Shown here: in pieces, positions 58,511 through 64,000 of the stretch
How positions within the stretch are numbered: the stretch's first letter is position 1
Layout of the letters: every line of letters begins with the position of its first letter
Origin: Eutreptiella sp. 'Long Island Sound 2002'
Taxonomy: Eukaryota; Protista; Euglenida
Direction of reading: 5' to 3'
Assembly (NCBI GenBank): GCA_964036045.1
Contig: OZ038378.1
Span: 7,998,001-8,062,000 of the forward strand
DNA: 64,000 nucleotides
Notes under the pieces: generated by a model
What the model was told of the DNA's origin: nothing
The model's database searches: none
Seen by the model: only the letters and a program-made list of their open reading frames with translations
Translations under genes and position numbers: made by a program

Positions 58511-59919
58511 AATATTTTGTGCTTAGAGAGCACTGGCTCCACCAAGTCAGCCATACTATTCTGGAAATTCCGATCGCACTGTCTGCTGTTCATCTTGTGC
58601 TGACGGCTTCTTTCACCCCACCCCCCAACTTTTGTTTCAGAGATCCGTTCACTCATGGGTTATCCACTGCGTTTCGCCGGTGGTTTGTTCAGGCTCCCTT
58701 TGTCAGCAATTCTGTGTTTGAGGGGGGTGAAAATCCATGCCGTTTGGGGTGCAGACATCTGCATGTGCTGCATCTGCGGCAATGCTGGTAGAATACGAAC
58801 CTAGGGATATGGGCTGTGAAGGGACAGGGCTTCTTTTTTCCCCTTTCAGGATGGTCTTGCCGTGAACACCCCAAATGCTCATCATCAGCCTGTTGCCATG
58901 AACACCTCCACTGCAGCATTCTGTCTTGTTGCTTCTCTCTGTGACCTCTTCGCACAGCCCCGTGACACACCATGAGTAACCTCGCATCAGAGAAAGCCCC
59001 TCCAGCCACCCCGGACGCCAATGATGCTTCTTCGCAGCCTGGGGTGGCAATGAAACGGTGAACTCACTACCTATTGCTAGATATCAACTGCAGTAATTGT
59101 GGATGTACCGCACTGGTCTGGGGGTGGTAAGTTGGGAGAGTTCCCCCCTCACCACCTCTGCCCAGCAAAGCACACAGAATCTTGAGATGTGCCCTGTCTC
59201 TGTGCATGCTGAGATGCTTAGCACTAAAAGGGTGAGTTGCCAGATGGTCCTTCCCAAAAATTGCAGGGATCCTCACCCCAAGCGCCCCCCTCCCCCCCTG
59301 GGATGTGTGCTGCACTAGGAAATGATATGGTTTAGTCTTGACGATACTCAGTGAAAACCCACAACCTAGCCCCCCCCCCCCCCCCCGTCCAACCGACGGT
59401 AAAGTTAAAAAAAAGTTGCAGAAGGAACACCTCGCGTTGTTTGGACAGAAGCATTGTCGATGCGTGCCCTCAGAAGACACAACCAGTGAAAGGAAAAGGT
59501 ACATCATTGATTTCGAGATATTCATGTATGTGGAGGCCCATGCAATGTTGCTTCCTAAAAATACGCATGTACAGTTCACAATCGATCAACAAAACCCACA
59601 GGTGGGGCACTGCAGCCTGCAGAAAAGCACACAAATGACCAAAATGCTCAGCCATTTGGACATGGTTTGGAACCAACCTTGGGGCAATTCAACTCCACGG
59701 GCTGGGCAAAAAAGTTGCTGCCACAGGCTGGGCAGAGGTTCCAGCTTCGGGTCGGACCTGGTCTTTGTCGGTCCAAAAATATTTCCAGCCCAAACTTTTG
59801 TGGCATGGCTTTCTGGCCTCCGGCATTCCGGTGCGCTTGACCGTGGTGCTAGTGTTTTTGCAGGCGGACGTGGTGGAGGACTAGGTGAGGGAGACCGTTC
59901 TTGTGGTGAGGGTGAGGGG

Positions 59920-60074
59920 ATCACAAAACAAAGGCGGTCTGGGTCAGCACTCTCATGTCTCACCACCTTAACATCACGATGACATTGGATGGAAATATAA
60001 TCCTCCCCTTTTTGGAGACGGCCAACCACACCGTTCGCTCCCTCGCATGTGGAGCAAGTGAAATACAAAGGCAT
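59920..60074 (-). pseudogene. Small beta-rich (Tudor/SH3-like) domain remnant, copy 2
   Basis: LYFTCSTCEGANGVVGRLQKGEDYISIQCHRDVKVVRHESADPDRLCF followed by IPSPSPQERSPSP; parallels copy 1. Confidence 0.4.
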
Positions 60075-60419
60075 CCTGAGTTTTATTCAAGAAGGTGCAC
60101 AAACAATTAGAAACTGGTAAAAGTGCAAGAAATTGTGATCTAATGCAGTTCTGATGGAGCCAGCTATGGTGACACACAACAAAGCAAACAACATCTATGA
60201 AAAACAGCCATCCCCAGCCCCAAAATCACAGAAAAACATGGACAGTCACCCAAAACAAAAAAATGGAATCGCCAGGCCCAATGGTTCCAAAAATTGTGGA
60301 AACAGGTCTGCCTGGTCAGGTCCTGCACGCTGTGTGTCAGGGGTTAGTGTAGAAAAGTTGTGGGGAAAACACCTCGGGTTGTTTGGACATGGGCGTTGTT
60401 TGGACTAGCAGGGGGTGGG

Positions 60420-60950
60420 GGTATAGTTGGTTTTTGAAATTGGTTCACATTCTCCAATTTTGGGGACAATTTTGGGGATTGTCATCGTACACCATCCAAC
60501 ACCCAATCAGGGTCACGGTTTTGAAGTCTTGGGCCAAAACTCACTTTTCAGCAATTCAACGTCCAAGTGGGTCCCTTCTAGACTGTTGCGGACACAACCA
60601 TGGGTGGTCTGTGGAATTGGTTCAGATTCAGCTTCTCCACTTAAGGGATCATCCATCATCATCATCCATCATCCAAACCCTAATCTGTGACATGGTTTTG
60701 GATTCGTGGGCCAAAACTCACTTTGACACCAATTCAACGTCAAAACAAGCCCATTCTAGACTGTTGCAGACACAGCTATACAAATAGTTTTTGGAATTGG
60801 TTCATATTCACCATCTCAGATTTTGGGAACATCCATTGTCATCATCCATCATTCAATCCCTAAGCAAGGTCGTGATTCAGATTGTTAGGCCAGAACTCAC
60901 TTTCACACCAAACCACCATCAAAATAGGTTCCCATAAAATTACACGTTCT
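60420..60950. repeat. Degenerate tandem repeat, ~178-bp unit x3
   Basis: GGCCA(A/G)AACTCACT recurs at ~60532, ~60709 and ~60888; GAATTGGTTCA and TTCTAGACTGTTGC also recur in register. Confidence 0.85.
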
Positions 60951-63900
60951 CCCAATGTCACCAAATGATCACCAAACAACGGCCCAAGGGTCCCCAAGGG
61001 TCATCAGAGGTCACCTGAAATCGTGACTTTTCAGCCAACCCATGCCAGTTTGAAAACGGCGAAGTCTGCACTGGTGGGGCCCCATAGGGGGCGCAATCTT
61101 GGAAAGATGGAGATAGCACCTGGGACCCCGTCAATAGTGCGGGGGTCCATATAGAAGGAAAAAGTGGACTCGGACCTGTCTGAATCGACGCATGTATCGA
61201 CGCCAGCTATAGGCCAACCAATTTTTGAACCCCCTCCCTCCCAAAAAAAAGCAGCACCCAGGTACGGGGGGGCTGGAGGGGTCAAAATTGAAAAATTTAT
61301 TGGGGGATAATTTTGGATCCCAAAATGATGATTCTACAAGGGGTTAAACATCTGACATCATACATAAGGGTATGCCGTGTAAATAAAGTAAATCACCCCC
61401 CCCCCCCCCCCAAATAGGGGGTTTGTCGCTCTCAAACCTGCACTTGATAAAAAAAAAACCCTCTTCAAGCTGATTTGGGGAGCTCTGGGTGGCAAACTAC
61501 CCTACAACTTACAACTGTGGCACCAGAATGAGTGCTTTGGAGGTGAAAATCCATGCACCTTGAGGTGCACAGCATCCTAAAGCTCACGATTGTACCTACC
61601 CCCCCCCCCCCCGTGCCCAGCGAACAACAAAGTCCCCAAATAATACGGTCCGAACACAAGTGTTCGTTGGACATGCTGCTCGGTGCGCACGACCAGGTGC
61701 AAGTAGAGAATCAGTCATGGTGGGCAATAGAGGTCCGAGAGTTGAGGGGTACCAGTACCTTGCATCCTGTTGTACAAGTTTTACAAGCATCATTGCAAGA
61801 CACATCACAACAACCCATCATTTCCCCAATTGTCTAGCCTAAATCATACACTCTGAAACCCATTACCTAATAAATTTAGGTACCAAATCCACACGGTCCA
61901 GACACCAAGTGTTTGTTGGACAAGCCGTTCGCTGGACATGGGGGGGGGGGGGTACTGCATAAATGGGTGTAGTAGGGTGGGCATTGGTCTGTTATCCACT
62001 TTGGAGCATTGGTCCGTTATCCACTTTGGAGAAGCAAGCGGTATCTCTCCTCGTTTGTGTGTCTCACTGCAACTGCACACTGGCCTTAGTGAGGAGGACG
62101 TCAGCTGGCCACATTGAAATAACCACCTCACCAAATGTCAAATTCGATTTGACTTCAAATTCCAACAGCAGGGCCCATATGACCCATCCCCCCACACCAC
62201 CGTGGAAGTGCATTGCATGTGCACAGGAGTATTCCCCCCATGAATTGAAAATGAGCATATCAGCATCAAACACCCATTCCACAACCCCCCTACAAGTAAA
62301 TTCTTGTTACATGGCCGATAAAAATACAATTCAGCAATCTACAGCCCTGAAAAGGCAGGGTTCAAGGCTACACAGTTGCACTTTCACACATGAAGTATAG
62401 GAATGACCCAGTTCCTTTCTTAGGGCAAGTTGCTGCACTGTCTGCGCAGTGCGAGCGCACTCATGGGCACTGTGTGCGGTGCCGACACAATGAAACCTAG
62501 CCAAGGAGGAAGGAAGGAAACCCCCCCAGCATTTATGCACACGTCACAAGGGTCTTCATATCCTTGGTAATTGGTGGCCGTGGCCAAGTACAATCTGTTG
62601 TTGCGTGAGTGTGTTGGAAGATGGCGGCAATCTTTTGGGGACATAAGCATTCTGCCTTGACCCGATTGAGACCCACCCAACTTGTAGCAATATGAAGCAC
62701 AATGTGGGCCGTTACTAATAAGCCATGCTACTGATTCGCGATGATCCGAGAGTGCGGATGGTGGGTTCAAGTGCTAGCTCATACAGAGAATCCACAAAGA
62801 CATTGTTTCCTAGAGATAGCAAGGCAATGACCATGAAGGTTGAAATGTGCTTTGGAATGTGTAACAACCCACCTGCCAATTTGTTGCATTGTGAATGTAC
62901 AAGACGTCCGGGGATTCACCATCATCATAATCCAGCATCCACCCTATGACACCTAAAACAAAGAACGTGCAACAAAACCGGGGGGAAATGGGCTAAAATG
63001 GCTGAAAATAGGTGAAAATGGGTGGCAGTTCACATGTGCCACATCCTCAATGCACAAGAAGCGTAAAAAAAATCTGTTATGGAACAACCAACTGGTGAAA
63101 AAAAGGCCAAAACTAGGGTTCAAGTAGTTGCCGGCATACGAAAGTTTGCACTGCGGGCGCACTGCGTGCACGGCATTCCCTTATGAGAGCCCCCTTCTTT
63201 CCTTTGAGTGTAGATGATACCATGCCTGTGGTGACAAGAATCCTTTGTACTCACATCCAATGAAGATTTCCTAGGGAAAATGATAGGTGCATGGTAGGTG
63301 CTTGATAGATACATCATGGATGATGCATGCCAGGTAGGTATATGGCAATCACATATGGTGCGGCCCTCATGCAGCACCAAGTTCTTCAAATCTACAATAC
63401 ACCCAAGACACCAATAGCATTCCATTTTGCACCCCAACAAAAAAGGACCACAAAATGCATGGTTTCCAAATGGTGGAGAAAGTGTCTCCAGATTTGTGTC
63501 ACTTCTTACTGCTCTGTCCATTTCCTGCTTGTTGGTGTGGCCGTTGCTTGAATAGAATGTTGCAAGGTTCCACAGCTGGCCCCAACCCAACAGTGTTTGT
63601 CCTTTCACTGATCTGAAGCCAATGAAATGATGTGAGGGCTCAGAAATCGACAAAACAAAAAGCCACCAAAACTCACAATGCACTGATCCCCCTGTTTGCG
63701 CTCAATCGAAAAATCCCATCTTCACTTCTTGAATCTCAGGGTCAGGGTTACGTACCTTGCCCCCCCCCAACCCTGTTCTGTGCAACACTCCATCCCCCCG
63801 TGCGCCCGGTAGGGGAAACGGTCATGAAATGACGCCGCCCCCGCCTTCCCTGAGGAAGGGAATGAAGCAATGGATACTGAGCTCCCAAATGCCCCGGTGA

Positions 63901-64000
63901 CACATGGGCAACGTAGCGTGGGGTTGAACCACAAAAAAAAAAAAGAAACTCCATCGAAATGCATGCAAGAAAGCACGTGTAGTGTATTGATCGATGGTTC

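Noticed and set aside
57716-58656. Poly-N, poly-Q and poly-L ORFs
   Set aside because: Translations of the (AAC)n microsatellite.
59338-59982. 214-aa plus-strand ORF
   Set aside because: No ATG context or recognisable domain; it overlaps the decayed minus-strand remnant.
62064-62330. Papain-like LIFNSWG motif
   Set aside because: No catalytic Cys region, and a frameshift is required.
1-64000. tRNA, rRNA or nonconventional introns inside the called genes
   Set aside because: No cloverleaf or rRNA-like sequence was recognised by eye. The single-exon ORFs are uninterrupted and the multi-exon models close with GT-AG junctions.

Overview
Repeat-rich eukaryotic nuclear DNA, most likely from a euglenid (Eutreptiella/Euglena-like). 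This taxon call is an inference from near-perfect copies of the euglenid spliced-leader (SL) exon, which I recall as (AC)ACTTTCTGAGTGTCTATTTTTTTTCG. Five credible protein genes are present, all on the minus strand. Three are single-exon: a FAAP100-like gene (2649-5231), a glutathione S-transferase (8483-9265) and a START-domain protein (22691-23668). The others are a ~20.6 kb, 13-exon EF-hand/WD40 gene (50011->29372, 3' exons less certain) and a two-exon gene with an SRI-like N-terminus (58231->55878). The rest is decayed mobile DNA (DDE, MULE, hAT and LINE relics), MITEs and simple repeats. Strongest signals: (1) each intronless gene has a genomic SL relic just upstream, pointing to retroposition of trans-spliced mRNA; (2) a ~6 kb decayed transposase-bearing region carries 13 copies of a 20-bp palindrome not seen elsewhere in the window; (3) the first 11 WD40-gene introns are all phase 0 and all 12 follow an exonic AG; (4) MITEs have CAGGG...CCCTG ends resembling the CAG/CTG signature of euglenid nonconventional introns. 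All homology calls are by-eye motif recognition; no searches were run.
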